In this document: positions 36,673 to 50,494 of the stretch, piece by piece
Position numbering within the stretch: the stretch's first letter is position 1
How the letters are laid out: the number at the start of each line of letters is the position of its first letter
NCBI GenBank assembly: GCA_051362555.1
Contig: CM120642.1
Location: forward strand, 11,098,001-11,162,000
Reading direction: 5' to 3'
Source: Lingula anatina
Lineage: Eukaryota; Animalia; Brachiopoda
Length of the DNA: 64,000 bases
Made by a program: the position numbers and the translations under genes
Notes under the pieces: generated by a model
What the model was told of the DNA's origin: nothing
The model's input: the letters and a program-made list of their open reading frames with translations, nothing else
The model's database searches: none

Positions 36673-37987
36673 CAATACATCCAGACCTACTGTAATACTT
36701 CCGTGTGAAAAGCGCCCCCTGTGATTGTCGTGTTTTTTGTTGTGTTGTTACTTTCGTGTTGGGGTCAAACTTCGGAACTTTCAAGTCGAAATCCTTTTCC
36801 AGCTGGAATTTTAATAATTTATATCAACCTTGCAGTGAAACAGTTTGTATATTTTGATCGGTGTTTGTCCGTATTGTCGCCTTTTCTGTCGCCGTCGACG
36901 TCGCTGCCCGACACATGACGTTCGCCCCATAACTGCCAAACCGTATTTTTCATTAGCTAAATATATTAACTGAGTAGCTTTGTTTAGCTTTGTTTGGTAA
37001 ATAGACAGCTCGCTTTCGAAATTTGGCATAATCGGTTTACATGAACGATAATTTTTTTTCCAAAATTTCTACATTATTACATTAGCCCCAGAACTGCCAA
37101 ACTGTATTTTTGTTTTACTTTAAATTTACTGAGTGTCTTTGTTTGGTAAATAGGCAGGTTGCTTTCAAACATCGCCATGATGATCGGTTTAAAATTACTG
37201 TGATTATTTCGCTTTTTAACTGTTTAAGTGACATTCGCCCCATAACTTCAATACCGCATTTTCGTTTTACTTTACTGTGGCTGAGTAGCTTTGTTAAGTA
37301 AAAATGCAGGTTGCTTTCAAAATCAGCATGACCGGTTTACATTAACGGTAATTATTCTTGTTTGTGTTAAGTGTATATTTGTCAGCTTTGCTGTCTAGTG
37401 AACCACATTTGTGTCCGCAAAAACTTCATTTTAACCTATGAGCTGATCCAATGTAAAGCTAACAAGCACTCAGACAGGCTTTACCTGCAACATGACGGCT
37501 CAATTCTAAAATTTATGAATTAACTCAGTTCTTCTTATTTATTGCTTATCTGATTAATAAGCTAAATTATTTTTATTTTAACTGACCTCTTATTTGATTA
37601 TTAATAAATTAATGTTTTATTCATTACACATTTTAAATGATTCATGAATCTTTCTTTTCAGGTCCACGACGTAGTTCAGGAATTCCGATAGTCGGAGGTG
37701 TCATCGGCGCGGTAGGGGCTGTTGCTTTAGCCCCTGTCGCTCTAACAGTCGTGGGATTTACCAGCGGCGGGATAGCCGCCGGATCCATAGCCGCCTCAAT
37801 GATGAGCAGTACAGCGATTGCAAATGGCGGAGGTGTGGCGGCGGGCAGTCTCGTGGCGTTGCTTCAGTCGGCAGGTGCAGCTGGACTTGGGACGGCAGCA
37901 ACCGGAGCTGTTGCGACTGTCGGAGGAGCAGCTGGAGCCGCAGTCGCAGGAGTGGGACAAAAAATCACACAGTTGTTTAGGAATTAA
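26135..37987 (+). CDS. PH-domain-IFI27/ISG12 fusion protein, copy 4 (type B), 205 aa; Gypsy element in intron 1
   Basis: Exons 26135-26244 ([36 protein letters not shown]), 34902-35083 and 37662-37987. GT-AG sites, frame open. Confidence 0.8.
26390..26608 (+). repeat. 5' LTR (219 bp)
   Basis: TGTAGTGCC...ATTCTACA; identical by eye to 33546-33764. Confidence 0.95.
26610..26621 (+). promoter_or_regulatory. Primer-binding site, tRNA-Ser(GCU) type
   Basis: TGGCGACGAGGA one base after the 5' LTR; complementary to the ...TCCTCGTCGCCA 3' end of animal tRNA-Ser(GCU). Confidence 0.8.
26877..28737 (+). CDS. gag: Gag (N-terminal HhH-like motif, tandem peptide repeats, capsid, RG-rich region and CCHC knuckle), with a 1-nt frameshift near 28555-28560
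   Basis: ATG at 26877; capsid-like [11 protein letters not shown]. The +1 frame from about 28561 reads MTGGGG...[33 protein letters not shown] to TAG. Confidence 0.85.
27295..27720 (+). repeat. Coding tandem repeat in gag, about 8 units of 54-60 bp
   Basis: Recurrent ACCCTGAGGTTCA encoding (N/Y)PEVQRNxxxPHFQN. Confidence 0.9.
28710..33277 (+). CDS. pol: Pol (aspartic protease, RT, RNase H, integrase, C-terminal PHD finger), split by a 1-nt deletion at about 30750
   Basis: Motifs [58 protein letters not shown] and WKGP. FMG-TAG at 30750 resumes as [11 protein letters not shown] in the adjacent frame. Confidence 0.92.
33528..33545 (+). promoter_or_regulatory. Polypurine tract
   Basis: GGATAAAGAGGGGAAGAG directly before the 3' LTR. 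Confidence 0.85.
33546..33764 (+). repeat. 3' LTR (219 bp)
   Basis: Direct repeat of 26390-26608. Confidence 0.95.
36609..36671. repeat. (TA)n microsatellite
   Basis: Directly visible. Confidence 0.95.
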
Positions 37988-40422
37988 AACTCCTTGAGGC
38001 CACTATTCAAATATAATTGTCGTAAGATGTTAACAGATATGTTTGACTTTCAAGGTGAAAAACAACTATATCCAAATTAAGACAATCACAGTTGTAGTCT
38101 ACCCTCTGCCAGGGTCACAGATTGACTTTCACATTATTTTCACAAATATACCTCTGGCTAATTCATGATACAGTTCTCATTGCACAGAAAGGTGCATATC
38201 ATAAGCTAGAGAAAGAATTATCTTTGAATATTATATGGAAAATCAATAATGCCCCGGTAGAGGGTAACATAAGCCAACCTTTCCAAAGCAGTCATTCAAA
38301 ACTAATTATCATAACATTTAAACAGTAATTATATTAATATAAAGGAATGGCAATTTACGAAAATGAATCAAATTTGGATTCGGCGTTTTTTTTTTCAATT
38401 GTTATTTATCTTCGGTTGTAAGGAGTTAAGCCAGTTTTGATTGTTTGAATTCTAATAAATACGATTATAAATTGAACTATTGCTTGTTTCACTAAGTTGA
38501 ATTTTACTCGGCAATCTTATAGCTCATTTTTAACGTTGAAAAAAAAAACTGTCCGTGTTAAAGAAGGTGCAGAAATCGTTACTTCCTTCTTTCCAAAGAG
38601 TTCTAAAATAACTCATAAACAAAATTTAACAAAGATACCCTTACGGTGTCTTTTTCTAGATTGAAAGCCACTTTTTGAAAGTCAAGGGCTCTTACTTTGC
38701 GCAAAGTCAACAGCATGACTTTAAATGGACAAAGAGGCCAAACAAAACCAAAGGCTTCTGTTTTGACACGCCAACAAGGGTCGGGCAGAAGCACAGCATT
38801 ACATGGAGAACGTGCTATGCTGTCCCGCAATGGTGTGAACATGCCGTATGTTAACAGGTGCCATATGCAGGTTTGGTATCGTGGGTGGTAAGCTGTTGAT
38901 TATGTTTACCATCGGTTCGTTGGTGGTTATTAGATCGCTATCAGAATGGTGAGAACGCCAAAGCTTCATAAAACGATTCCGTTTTTATTATAAAGCCTAA
39001 AATGCCAGTTAAATAGATATAAGGCTATTCATACAGAGGTGGTACACTAACCTATCGCGCCATTCGCGCTAAATTTTAACAAGACGATCACAGTCCAGTT
39101 TTTTTTTTTTTTTTTAAAGAAGTATGAAGTACAAGGCGCTGTACATACTGCACATTCAGATAAAGCACTTTTTACATACTCATTGAAAAATTTAATGAAT
39201 TCACGTAATATTGAATAATAGAATTACTTATAGTCTTGTGAAGTAGCAGAAAAGTTGTGTCAGCTTCTTTTTCAGTAGGCTGTGTTCATTGTTATAATGA
39301 TCATAGTATATGCCATTCCTTATATTTTTATACGAAACGTAGGAGTATATCATAAATGCCATCACCAACTTCCTATGCATATAAGTATTAAGACTTTAAT
39401 TACAATATCCACTTCAGGAGTGGATCCAGGATCATTTGAAGATGGGGTGGGGCATTTTTCAGGTGTGACAGTTTCAGGATGCGAACCGACCCTCGGCCTC
39501 CTTGGAGTGTTTTGGATAGCAAACAGTGCCATTTGGAATGGTTAAGAACTATAAATCAGCTAGTCAAAATTCTAATTCCAAGAGGGGATATATTAGTCTG
39601 ACTTTTTCAGAAATCGAAGGGGGGTCAGTACCCTCCTGACCCCCTTCTAAATCCGCCACTGCACTTTCCGTAGACAGGCCACCTTTTGAGAACGCAGGTT
39701 TTAGGACAGGTGTCTTCACCAAAAGGCAGTACATGTACTTGCCTATCATCGTAGAGTAGTTGATCTGACTAAATGCGTGGAGGGACGCCCATGCACATTT
39801 TATCGACGTTATTATGTCAGAAAGCAGGCCATCTTTTGATATAGACTAGTTATGGGGATTGGGTATGCCTGGGTGGTCTTGTTGCTGGGACTGAACGTCC
39901 TTCTGGTACCGGGAACAAAACTTCACAGCGACAGAGTAAGTTAGTTTCACTTTCGTCACGAGCTAATACAGGCTGGCAACGATTTTGAGGAAAAATACAG
40001 AAAATGATTGTAAAAAAGTCTCTACTGGACATTCATGTTTGCATTTCTGAAATTTCCGGCCTGCAACAGTGTAATACGAGTATATGTGGTTGACGTGCTG
40101 TTGCGGTGCATAATTTAAAATTAAAATTGCGCAATGGAGATTTCTGGAATGAATTTTTTTATGAGGGCAACATTTGCATATCTATACCGTATCTGGTCCT
40201 CTTCATTTCTCATATGGATAAATATCTATTTATCCAACAAACCCGAAAACACATTAAAGCGTTATAACTGCATATTCTATTGTATAGGTAACAAAGTATG
40301 TCCCAAGGGAAAGTTTAGAATACGCAAGCCAAGGTTAGTGTCATGACAACCGAAGTGAAATGTTTTCGTTATCATAAGTAGCCTATTTAACGTATTTGTT
40401 CAAAACGTGGCCATTTTGTAAT

Positions 40423-43400
40423 ATGAAGAGTTTGAGAGACTTGTTTTTGTCCCTTTGTACAGTTTACGCTTCTACGTTTCCACTTTTCTGGAAAGATACT
40501 GATAAGCCTGTAAGTAAAGTATACCTAAGTTCAGTAGATAAGCACAAGGCTAAGTATGCAGTGTAGGTTCGGTTTCATGACCTTGACCTTCCTGTTAATT
40601 TTACGTTAATTTTTTTTCACTCCAGGGCCGCAGACCACGCCTCGGTTGTTTGAAGGCGACATTGCTGGCTTTAACCCCTTTGTGAGTATATCAAAGGTCG
40701 AGACAGGGGGGCCTACCACCTTCTTAAAACAAAATGGCAGATTCAGCTCCGTCTCTTCCAAAAAGGGATTAAATGTGCTCTCTTAGGACCAAAAAATTAC
40801 GAAATACCATAAATTGCACAATGAAAATCGCAGAGAAGGGGATTTTGACTCACCATTCTTCATATCCAAGATCCGACAGTAGTATACGCAAAGATATACT
40901 GTATGTAATCATACTATATAATGTATGTTCCCCTATTAAATACCCAATGGCGTGAAAATTAAAAAGGAAGAAAAACAATTCTGACTGTTGAACGAAGATG
41001 ATAGCTTTACCCATAGTTGTTCTGCTACAAAAAATTACTCTACTGTACAATTAACTAAGCTAATTATCTTCTTAAAAGGCTACAGTAGGCATTGCTTCTT
41101 ATAAAGTCCAGTATATATGTGTCAGGGATATTAGTGGAAAACCTCTTTATATAGGATGATTGGTATACGTAAGCACGTATGTTGAAACTCTGGATTGTGC
41201 AACATATGTAATGATAGACTTCATTCATTTTCAGCACCGTAATGCGCTTGCGGACTCGACCAAACTCTGGAGAGGCGGTTTTATACCAGTCAAACTGGAC
41301 CAGACCCTCTGTAAGTTCTCTTCAACACTGACTATTGATCCTTAACTACCATATTACTTTGCTATATCAAATTTTAAATAAAGATCTTATAAATAAAAAA
41401 GATTTTAGATATAGTATTTTTTCAATAAAGATGTTATTTTGGTGACGAAGAAATTGTACGTGTGATTTAGACAGATCGTTATGACCGAAACTGCTGCCTT
41501 GCTCTCTATTTCAGCATCCAGAGAGCTGATCAGCATCCAAAATGCTATGCTCACCATATCACGACAGACTTGTGTACGCTTTATGCTGAGAACCAACCAC
41601 CCGGACTTTGTCTTTATACGTAAAAGTAAATCAAAGTAAGGGAATTCGAATTCATGTTGTGCTTGCACATTGCTTTCATTCTATTGATATCTTTAGAGAA
41701 TTAGAGGTAAAGTATTTTGATATCTTAACTTGCTTGTTGTTGCCTGCCAAATGACCAGCACCAACTTCAATATTGTTAAAAGGGAAAATATTTTACATGG
41801 GGAGTAAAAAAGCAAGGAATGCGTTTCTGCCAACCCCACATAGTTTTTGGAACATACTTTATTCATAAATGTATAATATTATTTGAGCTTGTATGTCGAA
41901 GTTCAAGGTCGTGGTTGGAACCGGTAAAACTGGATCATTTTGAAGACCTCTGTACTCTGTCTTAAACTCCACAAACCACCATTTTAATTTTACAGAACAG
42001 ATTGCAAAATCCCACCAGTCATTTCAATTTACTGTAAATATTTAACTTTGAGGCCAAAAAGGCTAATTTGAAAGTTTGAGGCGCAAAAGGGAAAACTTTT
42101 AAACCTATTTCCAGTCTAACATAGCCCTGGTTTGAACAATACGTTTCTGTTTAGATGTTACTCGTTCTTTGGCCGAAAAGGCGGCAAGCAGGATTTGAAC
42201 CTGACGTCAGGATGTCTCAGGTACGAGCACCTCATCATACACGAACTTATGCACGCGCTGGGGTTCGTGCACGAGCATAGTCGTCCAGATCGAGACCAAT
42301 ACATAGACATCCACCCGGAAAACATTCGTCAGGGTATGTTACATGTATCACGTTATCTTCTTTTCACACAGCATTTATACCGTGCTCAAAATCCCATATA
42401 CGTAGCATCAAAATGCCTTTGAAATACAATGCATAGAGGTGCTAATAATATAAGCTCACGAATAATCCACATGCAGTACGGTAAAAAAATATTTGTAACA
42501 AAGGGTATCATCGCGACCTAGATAATCTACTTCATTCTTTAGAAGTTTATTAATAATCGCAGGTAATTTCGTACTTTCATCTTTCATGCAAACGACTTCT
42601 GCTTTATAACGATAAGGAACTCTATGTTAGAAAGTGATATGTCAAAATAGTAAAAAATAAAATAAAATACTCAGAAGCGTTATCCCGGCGAGGCTAGCTA
42701 TTAAACTCGTTGAAAATCTAAATATTATCTAAAGGATGTTTAGAATGCAAACCATTCACAAAATGAATAAATAAATTTAAAAAATAGGCTTTCATGTAAA
42801 TATGTCAATTTCCACGGAATCAAACTAGACTGCAAATCAATAATTGATCTGTGAACTTGATTAAAAATGCAATTTCTTTCATTTTCAATGTAAGATAATA
42901 TGTAAAACGCAAGGCACTGTAAAACCCCAGAAATCGGTGTTTTAAGACAAGCCCAAAGCCACCATAAATAATCTTTGTCTTTGCAGGTAATCTGAAAGAT
43001 TTCGAAAAATTGCCGGTGTTTATCCTGTACGACCTGGGAGCTCCTTACGATGTAAATTCCATCCTACATTACGAGGTATTATACTGCAACTCTTTTGCAA
43101 CCGTGACATTTTTATACATGAATCTTTATTTTTCTTTTTGTCAAACTTGTTTCTTTAATTGTCATAATTGTTATGTTTTTTAATTGTTATGATAAAACAA
43201 CAGTTAACAGTTCCAGCTGCTTAGGGATGGGTGGGGCGTCATGAATAAACAAGTGGTTTGGATGGTTGGACTAGGAAGGGAGTGTAAGTAAGCGAGGTGT
43301 GGGGGCAGGGTGTGAGCGAGAACGTGACCAACTGAATGAGTTAACTACTGGATGTAAGGGCGAGATTTTAAAGTCTTTTTGGAAAGTGACACCCAGCGCT

Positions 43401-43896
43401 TCATAGATAACATGAAACAAACCTTTGCCGTAAGTTACTTGCAACGGCAAGGTGTGCGGTGTAGAGGTTTGTTTCAAGGCATCTCCGAAGCTCAGGGCGG
43501 AAAGTGAGAACCAAAAGCAAATAAGATTGTTGTTAAGCAAATCCCTGGGAGCGCATGCTTTTTAATGAGGGTTGCCGAAGCAAACAAGGGGATACAGAGA
43601 AGGGTGAAAAAGGGGGTTACCACGAGCTAGGCTGATCCTGTGCTTTCACTCATTTGCAGAAAGATGCCTTCTCAAAGAACGGAAAGCCAACCATCACCCC
43701 CAAAGACCCAAGCGTTACCCTCGGAAACACACGCATGTCCGCCTGGGACGTGGTCAAGATCAACCGCCTGTACAGGTGTTCTGGTGACCAGTACGATATT
43801 GCTGGGCCCAAGATGCCACCACCACCACATGATCAACACCAGAGCCCAGCACATCACGTACCACCAGTCGGGAGTCTCTTACATGGAGTTTTGTAA
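40423..43896 (+). CDS. Astacin-family (M12A) zinc metalloprotease
   Basis: Exons 40423-40509 (possible signal peptide, less certain), 40634-40681 (prodomain LFEGDI; acceptor uncertain), 41235-41310 (RNA...LW..GFIP), 41515-41635 (TCVRF), 42155-42333 (HELMHALGFVHEHSRPDRD), 42987-43075 (YDVNSILHY) and 43660-43896 (AFSKNGKPTI...DVVKINRLYRC). Phases are compatible. Confidence 0.92.
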
Positions 43897-44379
43897 AACA
43901 CAATTTTAACTAAGTATAGACGACTAAAACAAGTGCAGAGATAAGGGTATTAAAGTATGTAAACCTAATGCTTTTTGGCGTTGCTGTCTTATCTTCGTGT
44001 ATTTGACAACAGGAAAAGAGTTTACTAGCACACAGTATTTTAATCATTCTGTTATATTATATTCAGTGAGAAACACACCATTTTTTGCCTTCACGTCAAT
44101 AAATCAAACAACATTATGCTGACGGGATATGCATCTTTTCTTCACCGTATCGACATGCGTCAGTTGCCAAATATGACTCGTTTTTGGAACGTCTTAAATT
44201 CGTTCCAGAATTAGTGCCTCTGGACTTCGGTACTTTTTGACGATACTATTTCTTTCTACGAAATTGTTTTAAAATGTGCATAGCCAGGCATGTGCCATCT
44301 TGTATGCTTTTTTAAATAAATTATCACAGTTTTATAATATTTCAATGGTATTTTCGCCGTCTGTTTTGAACCCAACGTG

Positions 44380-46521
44380 CTATTTTCTCCGTTTAGAACT
44401 CCGTTTACCTGGCGTTGCCACCTCCCCTGTTATAGAGCCTTCATCTTGACTAGAGAAGTCAACACTCTCTGTAGCAACATCTTCATGAGGCTGTGGTCTC
44501 TTTGTCGATCCCGATCCTTCTTGTTTTTCACTTTGCTTATCCTCCGAATGCGCGCGGCTTGACACACCCTCACCAAAGTTCACATGCCCGGATGGAACCC
44601 CATACTCGTGAGCGCTCTCAATATTCTTCTGCGTGTCGTCGAAAAATATGTGCGCTTTTATAGCGCTGAGGACAGGGCCCTTAGGTCGCCCGCATAGGAA
44701 ATTGCACTCATTTATTTTGAGGCCCCAGCTACGCAGAGTCTTAAGCGTCCGTATCCCAGAACCGTGGCTAGAGCTGCGGGCGGTCACGATATAGGTCCTG
44801 ATGGGACTGGGGTTAAAGTTGGCATCTTCCAAACGCTTTTGCATCTTTCCTATGGCTACAGCAAACGGTTTAAGAGGCCCCTGCGACAAGAATTACTTAA
44901 TTACAAAACAGAATTTCAAAAAGAACAACATTCATGTCTTTCGTAGGGCAGTTTGCACATTGATATTTATATTTAATCGTTTTGCCCTTTTTCTTTCAAA
45001 ATTTCTTTGTGCATATGGCTTGTGATTTTAACACAGAATGACTCTCTAAAATAAAATTCATGCTAAATGATAGTATATAACCGTAGTCATATAATTATAC
45101 TTTTAAGTAATTAAAATTACTTTAGACCATTTATGTGCTTGTTAAAAATTGCAAATAACATTTTCCCACCTCTGGCAAAGGTTCATTCATGCGTTCATTC
45201 TCGAAGTCCAGGAAGGCTCCCAGCCCCTTTGTCTGGAAGATCTGCTCAGCCTCGTCAGAGAACAACACGGCGTCGCAGTCAAATACGATCCTTAACTGGT
45301 CGACTGATTGGTTTTCTGCCATTTTTTGAGGAAAGATTGCTGCGGCACCAAATCCTTAAAGATGACATAAAACATTGATCAGTGGGAAAGCTCGACAATT
45401 ACATTTCACTTTAGAACCGCTAGAATAGGATATGAACCAAGAGCCATTAAACACTAAACGATCCTGCTGTCAAGTTTTTTTTGCGACATTTGGTGGACAA
45501 ATGAGATCAAATGCACCAGAGGTTACTAGTAAAACCACTAAAACATTTGAAGTATATGGTGAAAGCTAGATACGCCTTCTTGCCTGCTTTCAACGCTTCC
45601 TGAACCTCGTAAGTGTGTGACGACAGATATAACGTGATGTCGTAAGCTTTCAGGTAACCCACGAGCGACGCTCCGTCCGTCAGACACATCTGATCAATCT
45701 TCAGCCCTGCATGAGTAATGAAATACCAGAATTAATGCATAGTGAAGACGCAGTAGAATATGATATTTTATTCACTTTTGACACCCTCGGTTTTACCTAC
45801 TGTAGTACATGTAAGCAACTAAAAGGTTTGGAGTCCCACTATGTATATTAGCCCTTATTGTAAATATTCGATATTATCGATACTCTTAAGCATTAAAATG
45901 CGCGGCACCAACATCAAAATTACAGCACCCCCTCCTCGCGCGCCCACTCACCCATACACCACATACCGTGATGATGTATTGACCGTATAAGTCGTATTCC
46001 GGCAGTGTCTGCTTGGTTGTGGCTCATTAGAACGATCTCAAACAGCTCATTTTCAGGCGCACCTGCTTCTTTTAATTTTGCGTTCACTGTGTGGGCCGCC
46101 TAAAATACGAAGTGTTAGCTAAGGCATATTACTGCAAAATGTACCCTCAAAAACGATTACATTATGCCCCGGACTGGGTTGACTGTTAAAAAGTTTCGTC
46201 AGTCTTTTCGTTTCATTTGAAAAATGTTCTGCAACGTTTTTGTGCTATCAATGCATGTTTTCCCGGATGTCGGAGCTAAAATAAATGTAAATTTATCAAA
46301 CTAATAGATAATTCAGAGACTGTCAACTCACAATGGGGGACGTGGGGTTTTACGCTAAGTTATACCTTAATGAATGGGAACGCAGTTCCTGGTTCCAAAA
46401 TTTCTTCCTCGTGAGCGTGATGATACTCTGTGTACGCTTTCACACCCTGCTCCTTGAAAATGGTGTATTCTTTGGTCTGATCAAACAGAGCACGACTGGA
46501 TACAGCTATCTTCACCGCAGG
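44380..46521 (-). CDS. NT5C1A: Cytosolic 5'-nucleotidase I-like (cN-I, HAD superfamily); first coding exon not located
   Basis: Minus-strand exons 46521-46366 (KIAVSSRALF...PGTAFPFIK), 46099-45967 (FEIVLMSHN...GIRLIRSIHHH), 45706-45584 (YLKAYDITLYLS, GC donor), 45354-45170 (QLRIVFDCDAVLFSDEAE) and 44880-44380 (PIRTYIVTARS...KGPVL...HIFFDD). The symbol denotes the family, not demonstrated orthology. Confidence 0.9.
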
Positions 46522-49500
46522 CTGGGGAAATGGAAACAATTACTGATAATACAAACTAATAATGTAGAGATGTTATTTTATGTGGGATGATGTCTCCTAC
46601 CATAATAAATGAGAATGACATTGTACCATTTGAAAAGTGCCCACCATTTCGAATTAAAACACTGAAATCAACTTTGTTTTGTAAAATCATTATCGTCGCA
46701 TTATGAATATTTGTTTTAATGTAAAAAGAAATCTAGATTCGAATCAGTGACGCTAGGTCTATATTTTGACACGTATTAGGTTCACACTAGTATTATTTAG
46801 AAATTCAGAGGCAGATTCACATACATATTTACATTCGATGACCTGTATTGCTATTTCAACATACTGGGGGTATACAGTGTAGTATAATCCAAGCTAAAAA
46901 TATGCCACCTGTACACGTCTTCCAGAAAGGTCGATATTTGGCTCCATAGACGGAACTTAAGCAACTTATGCAATGACTGCAATGGGAGTGCACATCTGAT
47001 GCCTGTATTCATACCCCCCCCCCCTTTTCAATCGCGCCTCTATCGACATTCAGGTTCATTTCTATGGTCAACTTCTTCCAATCTGCATTGGACGTTGTAA
47101 CATAAATGACTAACCTTGCGTGGAATGTTCAAGCTTTCATGTATCTAACAACCAATACGTTATGGCAAGGACACAAAAGCACACGTGAACACAGACACAT
47201 TCAACAAAGCTTTACTTCACATGTTATTGCTCCCTCCTCCCGCCCCCACACACAATGTAATCACTTTTTAACCGATCAATAATGACTTTTGAGCACATAC
47301 ATGGCAATTTTCACCTAGGGCAGAGGAAAACTTTCTTCTATACTAGTTTTAACCCGTTGTTTTAATTCAGTATTCCTTTAATCATTCCCAGTCCCTCTTT
47401 ATAGTTGATCTCTGAGTCAATATTAATGATACATGTAACTATAATACCCATGCTGGTGAGACATGCAGTCTAAAAGGAGACCAACTTATATTCTGTATGC
47501 TGAGAGTTGACTTGTGCTTTTGCGTGGTCCTCGGTGTCAATCAATTCAGTCGACAACTGATACTGTGCACATACAGTGCAGGCCCACACAATGTCGAACT
47601 ACAGTCTCGCTCCCCATTCAGACATTAATCTCAGTAATATATTAAGTCAAGGTCGACGAGATGACCTCGACGCATCAAGATGCATTGCCCTTGCCAACGT
47701 TATCTCTTACCGTGTCTCTCGACCAGCCGTGCGCCATATGATTCACATAGTTATAAGAGCATTTGTCTTATGTACATGTCGCTATACTTACCATGGTTAT
47801 GTCGCAGTAATATTTAACCAGGGCATAGACCAATGGTTAACTAGGTCACGTTGGTAAATGTGCGCACAACTTAGACTCAGCTATACTAGGTCCAGTGCGA
47901 TAAACAACGTCTGCGGCGCACACTTATTTCATTTAACAGGTGTGTGTGTGTGTGTGTGTGCGTGTTTGTGTGCGTTCGCGTGCGCCCGAGCGTCGCATAT
48001 GCATCACTTAGTGACCACTGACGATGTAAAGCAAGCTTTTTAAGGGCTCCTGAAACCACGAGAAATAACACAAAGTATATAGGTCCTGGGGGTGCCGAAG
48101 CACAGTGACAAGCGAAGTCAGGGTATTTTTGTTATTCCATCTGAAAACAAAAAGTCAGAGAGAAACAAAAACTGGACTGAGAAAATTGAAAATAAGTGGT
48201 GATTTTGAAGCTTGAGACAACAAGATCATTTGTATTACAATGGTAAAAATATTGCCATTTCCGGAATAAAATTATTCTAATAGTTCTTTATAGGACAATG
48301 ACGAAAAGAAGGCTGTCTTTACACTCCTCATACATGTTCACAAGAGGCTTATATAAGTTTAAATTTTCACTGCATGTCTACACTAAATTGTAGCTATTTG
48401 TTTTCCTCGTAAAACTTTCGGTTACTCCGTGACCTTTTTCAGTGTGTGTTACATTGAGACTGAGCACTATTCACAAATGTCTCAGAAAAAGTACTGTCCC
48501 ATGCATGTGGTGTCCCCCGTCTCAGTTCAGGCTTGGGTTGTGGGCATAGATATAAATTGCCCCCTTAACCCCCTCTCATACTTTTCACAGAGATTTTAGA
48601 CAACTTCGTCGTTTTTATCGAAATTAATAGAAGTCGTGGAAAATTGACTATTTGTCGACATGATGATGCAGGTATCATCAACGTGAAACAGCAACAACAG
48701 ACAATTACTTCCAGGTGTCAGGTCTCCTTATTTCAACTTTGCTAAACGCACGGGTTGAAATCGGAGTAACAATTATCCATATTTTTGAAGATGCGCGTAT
48801 CATGAGTCTAGCCGTCCCTGTACCAAAAACGCTCTGATCAGCGGTCTCATTCAAACGAGAAAACAATGTTAGTAACCAGAGATTGTGAGTCCTTATTACT
48901 TATGAAGTTTGGCAAGGGCTACAAGTTTGCCTTCAAACAAGTAAATGCATCAAATGACTTTAAAAAGCATGAACGGATTATACATGTAGTAACCCGATTC
49001 TATTTGTCAGCTCGTGGCCTTATGGTGGGAAAAAGGCGCTGGTCGAGGGCTCCGTATGACGTGCATTTGCGGGAACGTACAAACTGTGGAACATGTTCAT
49101 TTCCGGCTTAAAAGAGAAATTCACTAACTTGAGAGTTCAGATCAGTAACAGCTTTTTAAGCAAACGAATTTACTATATACATGTGCATTTATTTATTTTT
49201 CAAATTCAATTTCGACTGCTTGACTTGATGATTTGTAAAAGTGAAAAATGTTTATGCTTCTACTCAAAATTTAGAATAATATAAATAAAATACTTATCTA
49301 TTTATCTATTGTATTCCCCGAGCCTGTAATCGAAAGGCCTTTAGTAATGTTCATTATCCATGGTTTTCAGACTTTTTAGTGCCAAATCTATTATGGACAA
49401 ATGAAATGGTTAAAATTGATATTTCAGAAACGCAGCTAAACTTACATTTATTCCACATATATACATATATACATATGAACTTGTATAGACCATCAACATT

Positions 49501-50486
49501 ATCCAAGAAAGCGGTGAACATGCCTTGGTCAACACGTTGGGTAAAATTTGATAGCAGAAGTAGGACCAAATGATGTTTTCTTGTGAATAGATATTATAAC
49601 ACGATTCAGATTGTTTGAAGCGACTGTGTTGCTCAATCACAGGCGTAACGGTTGCGGAGTATCAAATTAAATTGCAAGGACCAGGTACGTTTTGTCAACT
49701 GGTGATCTTTTTGAAATCACTTTCATTAGTTGATAAAAACAGAAGAAAGTTATGTCAAAGCCAAACGGTTTAACACGCGCGATTCAGGTAGATGTTCCAA
49801 ATATCTTATTAGTAGGCCCCCTAACAGCGTGACGACTGGCGGTATTCCTGGTTTTGGACCAGACCCGTCTCGTACTGCTTCCCCGGTACCAAAGAAGTAT
49901 GATCAGCAGTCCGATTCAAACGGATTCAAACGAGAAGACAATACTAGAAACCTGAAATTGTAAAGTCCTTACTTATAATGTTTGGTTACAAGTTTGCCTT
50001 CAAGTATAATAGCCCGTGGGCCTGTAATCAAAGGTGTCCATTATGTATATGATATTCAGACAGCTTACTGAAATGTTTATCAGAAACTTTGTTATCATTA
50101 AAGTGACGATGGGTGAGAGCGTCAGAGCCGATACCATGACAATGCACTGGTTAAATTTGAAAATTCAGAGACCCCAGGTAATCACTCACACGCACACACA
50201 CACACAAATACGTTTCAGATTGTCTGATTGACTCTCGTTGCTTCAATACCTGCAGAACGGTTGGGGAGGATCAAATTAAATTCGAAAGACCACTTGACTC
50301 ATCGAGCGCGTTGAACTGGCGAGCAGACAAACAACCCCAAAATTACCATAATTTAACCACGATAGTGCAAATTACTCAGGGTTTTTAAAAAACACCTCAA
50401 TTGATGTAATCGTTGCGCGAGTTATCCTGGCACGAAAACTGTCCGGGTGCGATTTGAAATAAGTGTTTGAAATAGAGGTAAAAATG

Positions 50487-50494
50487 TATATAAA
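50487..50494 (+). promoter_or_regulatory. Candidate TATA box (paralog at 59347-59354)
   Basis: TATATAAA about 70 bp upstream of the signal-peptide ATG in both copies. Confidence 0.5.

Noticed and set aside
49730-49963. Duplicated short ORFs (49730/58535 and 56702/63635)
   Set aside because: By-products of the segmental duplication, with no domain or splice support.
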